A stretch of 64,000 nucleotides of DNA. Source: Perkinsus chesapeaki ATCC PRA-425 (Eukaryota > Protista > Perkinsozoa). The stretch spans positions 1 to 64,000 of the forward strand of contig JAAPAO010000035.1 of assembly GCA_013115145.1 (NCBI GenBank), written 5' to 3'. The position numbers and the translations under genes are program-made. Below are positions 11,525 to 22,420 of the stretch, piece by piece. Position 1 is the first letter of the stretch. Each line of letters begins with the position of its first letter. The notes beneath the pieces were generated by a model, which was given only the letters and a program-made list of their open reading frames with translations, ran no database searches and was not told where the DNA came from.

Positions 11525-12113
11525 ATGTGGTGCGTAACTGCCATCCTTCTGGCTTACCTCTCCAAAGGGGTGGCTGACTTTTTTAGTAGCTTTTCTGTCG
11601 AGGATCCTAGCACACTCGAGAATTTGGCGCTTACCGGGCCTTCTCCCACCCAAAGCCCGCCCATCGATAACACCGGCTTCTTTGATAGCATCACTGTCGA
11701 GAGCGCCCTCCCAGAGTATCCGGCCCTGCATGATAGGGAAAGTTCAACTACGACTGCGATGCTTGAAGTTGAGAGCTCTACCCCGTCAAGCCCGGGAAAA
11801 TTGGAAGGCGCGGCTCAACAGATAGGCGACCCGCTGAACCCGTCCGAGGTTAATCAAGACTACAATGGTATTATCAGTGCAGTGTTAGCCATCTGTGGTA
11901 TCACGTTGATGGTTGGGCTGTTGCAGCTGCTAATCTTGAAAAAGATTGCTCTGGGAGTATCACAATTGCAGCAAGCCGCGGATGTGGAACAAGGGTAAGT
12001 ATGAAGCCCGTTAAAACGTTAGTGTTCACATGCTCATTTCCATCTTCAGGTACAGGTTGAGCAAGGGGAAGACTAGTGATGGCGAAGACGTGGCGATGGG
12101 CAGCCTATCATAG
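11525..12113 (+). CDS. surface protein copy C (exons 11525-11994, 12050-12113; 177 aa)
   Basis: Signal peptide, FFSSFSVEDPS and GFFDSITVES motifs, DY-TM(GLLQL), DVEQG|YRLSKG...GSLS*. Confidence 0.85.
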
Positions 12114-12585
12114 GCTCCTGAAAGATAAGACGCTTTGTGCAGCATGACCAATCTGAGTTGTACCGATTAAACTAAGGGCCTTAGGTCTAAGGCTATTGTG
12201 CTGCGTTTCAAGTTGTTTAATAAACAGTTTATTGTGGTAAGGCTATTCCTCTCAACTCAGAAGTTCCAAGCTAGTACCAAACTGGTGGTGCAGCATAATG
12301 CTACCAGCATATTACTGGCGCCACCAGAGCCCATTTGGTTATTTCAAAGCATACATTGTATACTATACAGTGTATAGTATACACCCCTCCATGTGATTTT
12401 AGCATAATCGGTTTTTCCCACGTATCTGTGCTGTACATAAGTGTTTGAGTCTATCCTTCACAGTGTGAAGTTCACACAGGGTTATGACAATACTAGTCTA
12501 CCATAAGTTATAGTATAGGTTATAGTTATAGGTGTATATTAGTCATATTAAGTATAGTTATAGTATATGTACTAGGTCTTCGTGA

Positions 12586-12944
12586 CGAAGCGGCGGAGCT
12601 CGTTCAGCTGTTATTTTGCTCGTTGTTAGTTCGTCATCACACGCGTAGTGCTTTGGAGGTCCGAGCGAGTGATCAAATCGCGCGGAAACGATTTAGAGAA
12701 GAAGTCGTGGGTTCAAATCCCACATGCCACATTTTTCCGTCAAATAATGTTTTTGCTTTTTCACTCGACACACGGGGTAGCTTTGAAAAAATTACAAATT
12801 TTCTAGGCATCCCCAGAGGAAGAGGAGTCTTTTCGTCTATAGATCATCAGCTAGTTCGCTCTGGTTAACGAGAAATAATTCGTACGCACGCACGCACGCA
12901 TGGCGAAATGCTCCATTTCCAGATAATAAGCTCCGCTCGCTTCG
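12586..12944. mobile_element. small non-autonomous element (MITE/HINE/SINE-like) with inverted ends, tRNA-like T-arm and (ACGC)n microsatellite
   Basis: CGAAGCGGCGGAGCT (12586-12600) and AGCTCCGCTCGCTTCG (12929-12944) are inverted repeats with one extra base. GTGGG-TTCAAAT-CCCAC lies at 12707-12723 and (ACGC)4 near 12884-12899. The flanks are TATAG-rich. Confidence 0.5.
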
Positions 12945-15900
12945 CTCGCTCCGCAACTTATAGGTTATAGTCTGTAACCTCAAAGGTCCAGGTCTTAACT
13001 TATTAGCTTCAGCTTAGCTGGAAGCCTAAGCAGGGTCAGACGGTCCCGTCTGTCACCAGATAATTTGAAAGCCTTGATGGTCTTACGATCGTGAGTTGGA
13101 CGCTTGTTGAACTCTCCGTGTTCGCTGTGGCAGTTTTTGTGTTTCTGAGTATAAACATGTTGCATTTAGTCAAATTTGAGTATGGTGTAGTGTTGCGAGT
13201 AGAAACCGTTAGCCTTAATCCGTATTGAGCCGTATCGTAAAAAGTTACGAGATCGTAAGTCGTACCGTAACCGTAATCATAATCGTAAAGACGCCCATGT
13301 CTAGGCTCAGAGCTCAGTCCAGGGTGGCAATGCAACAACAGTTGCTAGCTAAGCTAGCCTAACTGGTGTTTGTTGATGATAAACTGTAAAAGCCAACCTC
13401 TCCTCGCTGTGTATGTTCCTACCAATAGTACTGCTACTGCTGCCTCTCGACGGTGACTCACTATTGATGAGGAAACGAGTCTGATGATAATCATTGCTCT
13501 GCGGAGGTTGAGCTTCTACTAGCTCACCGCGCGCATTACGTACTACCATATATGGTCATTGCGGCTAGTAGGACCAGTTGCCAGTCCTTGCCAGCAAAAG
13601 CAGGTCTATAGACACTTTCGCTTGCACGCTTTTTCTTCATGCGTGTTGTATGGCAAGCTACAGTTGACTTTTGGTCAATAACCACCCGGATGAGTATCCC
13701 GGTCAGACCATCTCTCGTCTACTCAGTACTACTCCCAATCTAAATAGTAATCTTGCGTTGAACTATTAACGGACAAATATGCGGTATCCACGGCTGCGGC
13801 TGCCGCAGTCAAAACCTAAACTATTCAATGCGTAAGGAATATGCTGTATCCAAAAGAAGGTACGAATCTACTGGCAGAGATTACGACGGAATCGCGGTAT
13901 AACTGAAAACATCGGTAGTGCTCATATCCTTGGAACTCGCCGTAAGTAACTTGCATACTAAAGCGAGTAATTTTAGTGAATCATGACACGCGATGCCAGC
14001 ACGCGCCACTACAAGCGACTGTTAGAAGATGCGCTGGAAATATTAATAGTGAGAAAGAAGGTATATCAAACGGAGATTTCGTAACGGAGTCCATAATGTA
14101 TTTCATATCATACGGCCGCAGCGAGAAATTCTCACATTTATTCCCCGTGCCGTAAAAAAACAGTGACGACTACCGTAGTAGCTCTATGACATATAGCACT
14201 GGAGATTTCATGAGCAATGAGACTCATTGAACAAGTTACTGCCAATAACGACATAGCGCAGGTAGGAACTTTGTCAAGAGCTATCACGGTGGGAAGCGTG
14301 CACGCGGCGCGAAGCACGCCGCTCCCTCGAGTTTACGAAAGACCCAGCTTATCAACACACGCATCCGCCGGTGAGTATCAAGAAATAAAGAGACCGTCTG
14401 GACTGAAGTAGTGCTAAAAGACTGATCGAACGTAACCTTTACGTTTGGGTTTAAGCCAAGTTCACGTTGAGTTCACAGCTCCAGACTGAGTCAGATATAG
14501 CTGCACAACGAATCGTTGTCAATGACGAAACCGACTCCCACTCACATTAGCATACGCGTATTATGGATACAACATCATCCATGAGGTGGCTCATCGATTG
14601 CTTCTCGCTTTTGTAGCAGCAGTCTTGCAAGCAGCTTGAAGCAAGTTGCCGCGGTCACCGGAAGAAAGACGGTCTTTCAAATACCATAAGATCGCAAAAG
14701 CTGCTGCTGCTGCCAGCTATTGAATACCGCATTACTCAACATGGTAGAAGCAAGCATTTAACTACCCAAGAAGTAAATACCCAAGTCAGAAGAATAACAC
14801 GAGCCCAGTTGTTGGAAAGTTTTCAATTTAAGAGTACTTGTCAACATGACGGGGGATCCGCGTGGCGTCTGGTTAGTCTCGTGCCCGGAGGGCCGAATGA
14901 CCTCGGAGGTCACGTCAATTAAACTGACACAAATACCTGCCTGCCTGTAACTCATGCTGCCTGCTAAACTGCTGCTCATCGGTGCTGCAGATGTTGGGCC
15001 TGCCACATACAGGAAACAAATCTATTAAACCCGACGCGTTCTTTATCATCGACTTAAGAGGCGACTTTACTAATGGTAAGATAGAAAGGTTGTAGAAGAA
15101 GGCAATAACTAGAGACTTGCGAAGAATAAGAGAAGCTTGCTTAACGAAAGTGACACAAAGCCCTGCACACGAAACGTCTGGAGCTCGACGTCGATCCGAC
15201 CAACTCGCTATTAGCGATAAGCTATGCTATAGAACTGCCTGATAAATGAAAACCTCATTGCCGTCATAGGCATCGCACCCGGGCAGAATCCCTGTCGCGG
15301 AAAGAAGTATTTTGAAATTGGAAGTTGAAATAGACACAATCTTGACCAATTTAAAATCAGAAGACATGGAAACAACTCCATCGAGTCAACGCAACTAACA
15401 CAAACTCATTAGATTGAAAATGAGGATCAGTAAATAGTATTTACTACACGTCAACATGGGTCGTGTTGTTCAATACATGCAACTGTCTATTCCTTGTGGC
15501 TGTAACTCGTCGGACTTGTGCACAATACCTGTAGGCGACCTGCTCCATAACAGAACATAGCATGATATACATAGCACATCCAAGAAAATATAACTATTAT
15601 AGTTATACGCAGACTGAATAAGGTTGGAGATTGATGAAAACGATGTCGAGAGTATTTCCAAGTAAGGGTTCCTTGCCAAGGTAAAACGTGCAAAACATTT
15701 GACAGGCTTCTCAATCTGAAGAATACAGCCTACAACTTCACAACAACGTTTTCCGGTTTTAGTGGACTCTATCAACTAGAGGGGGGGGGTTCCGTCAAGT
15801 TGCTTCATCAAAGGTTATAAGACAGAAAGCCGACAATACTTTTTATCACTATGATAATACAGTCTGCATTGTTTAATAGGATTCGTAATTTGTATCGTCA

Positions 15901-16271
15901 TTATCGAATCAAGAGTAAGTACATATTATGCTTTATAGAGCTATAACCTACACAAGCAATATCTTTGAACATGTCAGGATGACGGGATGACAATTCTCTG
16001 GTGAATCTAATCGTTAGACTCTAATGGCCAGATCTAAGAGCTGGAGTCCAAGAAGCAGTGCTGGTCAATGCAGTTAATACTAAATTATCCAATGCCGCCG
16101 AATAGCACTTCATTCAAGACTTTTTCGCCTGGTACTGTCACTATGACAGTGTCATAGCACAGATTATGCTGCACAACAAACCGGAATTCAAGACGACATG
16201 CGATCAAGATCAGAGACGCAAAAAAAAGACTCAACTCAAGCACAATTTGCGCCGCACAATGTGGAAGAAAA

Positions 16272-16318
16272 ATGCATGCATTTCGTGCACTTGGGCGAGA
16301 ATAGAGTGGTCGGCGACC
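16272..16318 (+). promoter_or_regulatory. conserved upstream TGCA module (copy D)
   Basis: ATGCATGCATTTCGTGCACTTGGG followed by GTCGGCGACC at 16309-16318. Confidence 0.45.
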
Positions 16319-16438
16319 GTCGCTTATCGGAAGTTGGAATTATAAGGACTACGAGGTTTGATGCTCAACATAAAATGTTCTAGGTCGTAGACTTGGTTTC
16401 TCAGCTATTGTACTCCATTGGTGTAACACCAAGTTAAC

Positions 16439-17291
16439 ATGATTAACATCGCAATCCATTTAACAGTTTTAATATATATTATATGTTTCCCTGGCAATGG
16501 GATGGATTTTTTGAGTGACATAAGCATTGAAGATCCGAGCACCCTTGATGACTTGTACTTGGATGACACGCCTACGATACCGATTCCGGATACTACAGTC
16601 GGAATCAGTCCAAACACTGGTTCTACACCTCAGCCTGGCCTCTTCGACCATTTGACTATCGAAAGCCCCTTTCCATGGTTCAGCCAACCTGGTGGTGCTG
16701 CGCCCGAGTATCCTTCCACCAGGTTCAACCTCTTTGACGGTGTGGTGCTCGAGAACCTGACCACAGCAGCACCAGGTCTGTTTGATGGCCTATATATCGA
16801 AGATCCTCGCTCAGGCGACACCAGCCCCATCGAAGATATGGCACTGAAGAATGGTTTTTCAGAAGATGTGAGCACTGAGAGCCTCTCTACAACTCACCCT
16901 ACCAGCGTTGCATATGCACCTACACCTACGGTTGTCCGAGACCCATCGGGTGAGATCAAACCCGACCTAGTAGCGGTATCCGCTACTAGGAGCCATCTGG
17001 GAACCTCTAATGATTACTCTATTATCCTAGTAGTTGTGGTGGTAATCCTGGGGCTACTGCAATTGGTGGGGTTATTGCAGACGTGGATACTGCAGAGAAG
17101 CTTGCGTGAGTCAACACAAGTGAAATGCACCAAGGACTTGGAGCAGAGGTACAACTGAAACCGTCAAGGGTTCTGAGTTTATTGTCTTTCTCCATTTCAG
17201 GTATATCCGTGATAAAACGGCGGATCTAGAAACCGGCTGCAAAGAAGATATCATCGCGGAAGACTCCACTGGGAATATGGGTGGCAAGTAA
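16439..17291 (+). CDS. surface protein copy D (exons 16439-17148, 17201-17291; 266 aa)
   Basis: Signal peptide, four motif copies (FLSDISIEDP, GLFDHLTIESP, LFDGVVLEN, GLFDGLYIEDP), DY-TM(GLLQT), DLEQR|YIRDKTADLETG...GGK*. Confidence 0.85.
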
Positions 17292-18744
17292 AAGAATTAC
17301 TTAATCCTACCACGAAGCCATGACAATGTGATGTCCACACTGATTCGCTGAAGAGGCATATCCCGCGTTCATAGTAATGAATAGTTATCAATCGAGATGG
17401 TCTGACCATCATGGTCAGTGCAATACGAATTGGCTGTACCAGCTCGGGTGTGAAAGTCATCCGCGCATATTATGACATTGCCTAGTTACCTTTCTACATG
17501 TGCCGGTGAATCTCCAGAACCACGAGATTTCGACAGGCTGACCTAATTTCTACTGCACCTTGCAGTGACTGCACTGCGCTTCGCGTATAACATATGCGCA
17601 GTGAGGAATTGTTACCAGGAATATCACGCGGCCTGCCAACTAAAGATTTCGCGGCATACGAGTCCCGTACACCGCACTCGATTCACGAATAATTCGTGAA
17701 TTGAACTATTCTTGAAATTATAATTATTAATGAAAAATTATTTTTGAGCCATGGCAAACAATCCGACAAACTCGCCGGGCCGGCTGTCATGCCGCTTGCC
17801 ATGATGGAAATCCGAATTAATCAATTAAATATAGAGCGCCGACAGCCGGAATCTGCGGAAGTGGGAATATCTTTATATTGATTACTGTTATTAGTTTACG
17901 ATTATTTGATTATTAGTTACGAGTGGAGTAAGGTACCACCTTGAAGCTCTCGCCGAGCGATTTCTAATACTGGGTCGCCCACTGCGCCCATTCGAATTGG
18001 GCTCTGAGTAATGGTTTAACAAAGAAATCGTTACATAGAGAAGTGAGAATTTACGAGTTTTCGGAATGCTATTTCAACAGTTTCTCGCCGTTTTTTCGCG
18101 AGATGTGCCTACAGTAGGCAGCCTACTGTACATGCAAAACAGAGTAACACAAACGTCACAGCCGCTGTGGGCCATAGCCTGTGGCATCGAGACTGTGCCA
18201 CAGCGCTGGTGGTATAATAAATGTATCTACATCTTCGTCGAGCAGCCTGCTCGGAGCAGGGTATAGTTTTGGTTCGATCTGCAGAGGGTCGTGACTCATG
18301 ACTCTTGAGTTCGATTCCCAATTGCAACTCCCAACTTACAACGGTAGTTCCTTGTTACACATCTTTCCACGAGCCTAGCGCTAATGCGTGCTTTCGTGTG
18401 TTTTTGCACGTGCATTAGCGTGAAAAAACGCTGTGTTTTGCGCGTGTAGCGTCTCAATGGCATTAAGACAAGAATTAGATTCTACGACTTATTATTGGGT
18501 TTATATGAAGCGTTTACGACTCATTTAGAGGATTCTAGCGTTAGCCAACCGCGGTCAGCCCTATTACGACTGGGCTGCTGAGATAGGGAAGTTCCCTAAG
18601 GTAACGTCGGGTTTAACTTGGTCAGCTTTGTGACTATCCATCAGATCGAGTCCATCTTCTCAGCTAGCCTCTCTACTTCCCCTCCAAGCGGGCGTGCGAA
18701 CGTTTAACTGTATATTTCTTGCAACGCTCCACGCGCGACCGCGC

Positions 18745-18796
18745 ATTCGTGCAGTTTTCGTGCATTTAGGTGAAATGTCCACAAGAGTCGGCGACC
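18745..18796 (+). promoter_or_regulatory. conserved upstream TGCA module (copy E)
   Basis: ATTCGTGCAGTTTTCGTGCATTTAGG followed by GTCGGCGACC at 18787-18796. Confidence 0.45.
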
Positions 18797-18873
18797 ACCG
18801 GAAAACTACCTTTAGGCGATATAAGGACATTAGACTAGATGAGACTATTTCAGTTAAAATCCGAAACCTTAAC

Positions 18874-19420
18874 ATGTGGTCTTTGCTTGCAATGTCTTGT
18901 GCCTACGCCTTTCTGGGTGAGGCCAGCTTCTTTGACGGCGTCACTGTCGAAGACCCGAGTAGCCTCGCTCAGCTGCAGCTGGAAGTCTCTTCCGCAACTG
19001 ATCCAGTCAACTCTGGAAGGCCCACTACACCGAGGCCAGGTCTCTTCGATAGCATGGCTATCCATATTCCTGATGAGACCAATCCAGCTGATGACACGAG
19101 CACGACCACGCCTGCGTTCGATGCACCCAGAATGAGCAATGAACGGGGCCAGTCTGGGTTTTACCAGGACTACACCGGAATCCTCATTGTTCTGGTCATC
19201 ATCGTTGGGTTACTCTTGGCAGTGGGGCTATTGCAGTTTTGGATGTTGAGGAAGATCGCTATCGGATCCCATCTAAAACGAGCTACAGACTTGGAACAAG
19301 GGTAAGAGATAATTGGCGAAGTTTCCTCTGAATGAATTAGGTTTGAGATTTATTTTCAGATACCAAGTAGGCAAGGGAGCTGGGGCGGAAACTCACTCAG
19401 AGGCCGTCATAGGACAATAG
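18874..19420 (+). CDS. surface protein copy E (exons 18874-19301, 19360-19420; 162 aa)
   Basis: Signal peptide, SFFDGVTVEDPS and GLFDSMAIHIP motifs, DY-TM(GLLQF), DLEQG|YQVGKG...IGQ*. Confidence 0.85.
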
Positions 19421-20956
19421 GTCACAGATTTTATGTCCGATTACATGATAACTGTTGTACTGGTTAATATAAGTGGTAGGAACCGTGTCTAGTTTTGAGA
19501 ATTGTCAATTACAGTGTAGTTATTGCACAACGTATACTACGCTCGAAGGTTTTCACTGGAAGCTACATTAAGTGTAGTACATGTAATTTTCTGAAACCGG
19601 AAGATTTCTGGTTGGTTGACGTTAGTGGAGAGAAAATTTCCCTAAGAAATAGAGACACAACGGCACAATTTGGCACTGGGTGACCCAGTCTGGGTCAACA
19701 GCACGCAGTGCCAGAACACCTAATAGGCGTCCAGTAACTGGACCCCAGTAGGCTCTGTATTGGCATCCGGAGCAAGCACTGGCGGTGACCGGCACAACTG
19801 TTCAATGGCGGCGCGCACCGCGCGCCGCGCATTATTCCTTTCGCAATATGGAGGAATTCGGCGGCAATCTTTGGCTTCTTTGAAGCAAACCTGCTCCTGA
19901 GAGGGCTACTTCAACTCAGAATCTATATAATATCTTTAGGGAAATAATTCTATATTCTAGTTTCAGTATCGCTCTCACACTAGGACTCGGACCATGGCGG
20001 CGGTCGGTTCGAGCCTCTACCTTTCGTCTCTTGTGCACTGAGCATGCACAAAGCGCTTCTCGAACGTCTTGCTAGTGACCGTTTCGTGACTACTACACTT
20101 CCGACTGAGTTACACATTTGCTTTATCACTCTTACATTGTCATAATTGCTCCTTAATATGGGCCCTCATGTCCTACAGTAATTCTCGTTCTGCTTTGATT
20201 TCAAGTCAATTTTTATTTCTCCTTCCACATTGCCACCCTTAATTACTGACGGTAATTGACCGCGATGCAAGGACAGTAGAGCAATAAATTGCGATAATGA
20301 ACACAGCGTGCTAGATGAATACGATGAATAATTTTATTCATATAATATATGACTATATAATAATATAAATATTATTCAACTACACTCACAGAGAGTGATG
20401 ATTGCATGCTACCGAGGGATAGATGAGCACATTCCTAGCTATTCCCGAACATCACTTCTATACCGTATAGTCCCTCAGAGTATATACGGCCAGCACAAGT
20501 AATACCTGATCCCTTTATTTTCACGAAATTTTAGTCCGCAGAGCTACCCCGCACAGATTACTGATGAAATGTTCCCGTATGCCTGGTATACGCGTCTCCA
20601 GGAAGAGATGGCAGTTGCCAGCCGTCACCACTTAGAACCTAGAGGCCAAATGTAACGAATGGCAACCGCAGCGGCTGCACGACCACGTTATAACTACTAC
20701 GTCATATACTAAGTTAACCATATTCTAGTTGGTAATCAGGCTCGAGTGGGAATGGCCCAACTCCCGGCTTCGCTCATCAGAGAGTAGTTCCCATACCCCA
20801 CGCTCGCGCGTATCCCCCCAAATGCCACAGCCCATGCAAAAGGCAGAGCGTCACGGCTAGGTCGTTCGCGTAAGAACGAATTTCCTACAGATGCGATCGA
20901 CTGACTTTTACGAACTGCCTAGGAGCAAGAAATATACTGATACCTTCCAACCGGTA

Positions 20957-21110
20957 ACTACCTCCTTATCGGTGAGAACATGAACAACACCATCCCAACC
21001 CAAGAGATAATCACGATCGAAGTGAAAACCGATGATTGGCCAAGGACCTGAGGACCAGATATATGCGTGATTGAACGGCAGACCCAGAAACCTACTGCAA
21101 AGATGTCATC
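20957..21110 (-). pseudogene. degenerate proteasome beta-3 (PSMB3) fragment
   Basis: 20957-21052 aligns with PSMB3 23981-24077. It reads VLGQ then (1-nt deletion) FDRDYLLGWDGVVHVLTDKE, against IDRDCLSGWGGVVYILTDKE. Confidence 0.8.
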
Positions 21111-22193
21111 GTGGCAGACTCCACTTTGAGTACGGGTGGCAACTTGCCACTGGCAAGCAAACGAATTGCTTAATTCTGCCAAGAAGCCACGACACCGTTT
21201 TGTACCTTATAATGAGGAAATAAAACAACATCAAGAATATGACGATTATACACCATGATCACATTGACCTTTCCATTGTGAACTAACCAGTTCAAATTTT
21301 CACATTTCAACTTTCAGTTGCTGAAGTCTGTTGAAGTTAGATTATTGATATCAAAACGTTCAGTAGATATACGTAGGAAACTTACCAAACCGTCGGGTAA
21401 GGTCACATCGTGAACCGATTATTCGATTGGAAGCTTTAATAAAGCTACTCAAATACTAAAAACTCAGGAAATATCATTAAAATAATCCATTTCATATGTT
21501 CAAGGAATGCCTAGCCCTGAGATAGTACTCCCGAAAATTTTCAAATCGTCTAAAGAGAAGGGATATGTTATTTTCTGCGTAAGGCGATAACAAATGTCTC
21601 CTCACCTTAGTTCCAACCATTTGAGGCTTGAGCGACTGAGGATGAGCTATCCATGGGGCGACTCGACGGGCTTCTTCGAATACACGTGGATGGGAAGAAT
21701 GTCGTCGTGATATGATCACCTGAAACTTAGTAGTCACATTTACGAAGAAATCATGGTAAATCTTATTGGTTCCAAGATCTATCGGGCCCGATCTGTAACT
21801 AGACACAACACAGGAAGCCTTTCTGAGGAAAACACTTATATGAACCAATCCATGCTAGCCCAAACAACAGGGGTACATGTGCCATATACATCCGCATCAC
21901 GTTCAGTGTGGCGCAGCTTCCTCCCTCCCGTTCAATTCTTGACCGTCAGATTTCGCGACTTTCCACTGAAATCTTCAGCTAGAATAACAAAAACCACATG
22001 AACATCATATAAGCACTCTCCTGCCGAGGACCTATCCAGAACAGGAACATGCGGACATATCAAATTGATAGGTCTCTCCATATTATATACTCTATATATT
22101 AGAATATATATTACTCTTAATATACTATATCTATATAATCTCTACATATCGATATTATCAATGTAACGCTGAAAGCCTGCCTATAGTTAGCGT

Positions 22194-22279
22194 GGCGAGT
22201 CGCGACTCGCCCATGCAGACTTCGTGCATTCATGCAAAATGCAAGACGCGCAGCAGTCTGCGATCAATGGTTGCCGACC
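22194..22279 (+). promoter_or_regulatory. 18-bp palindrome plus variant TGCA module (copy F)
   Basis: GGCGAGTCGCGACTCGCC (22194-22211), TTCGTGCATTCATGCAAAATGCA (22221-22243) and GTTGCCGACC (22270-22279). Confidence 0.4.
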
Positions 22280-22420
22280 ACCTTGGAAACTATTTGCAAA
22301 CGCTTGTATGGGAGCTCGAAGCAATAGTGAAACCTGGTTTTGTCAGATCTGGTTTTACCTAAGGGCTTCAAGATCAAACTCCTCTGTCTTAGCTATTTTA
22401 ATTCCACACCACTCTATAAA

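Noticed and set aside
12670-12730. Intact tRNA gene
   Set aside because: The T-arm is perfect, but I found no convincing 7-bp acceptor stem or canonical anticodon arm. Treated as the tRNA-like core of a repeat.
13036-13549. Two minus-strand ORFs as a possible gag-like or TE remnant
   Set aside because: No recognisable motif, LTR or primer-binding site.
15470-15790. Short ORFs and a G9 run as a possible TE fragment or PPT
   Set aside because: No domain signature and no adjoining LTR.
21492-21848. 118-aa minus-strand ORF
   Set aside because: No family similarity seen; lies in a degenerate spacer.
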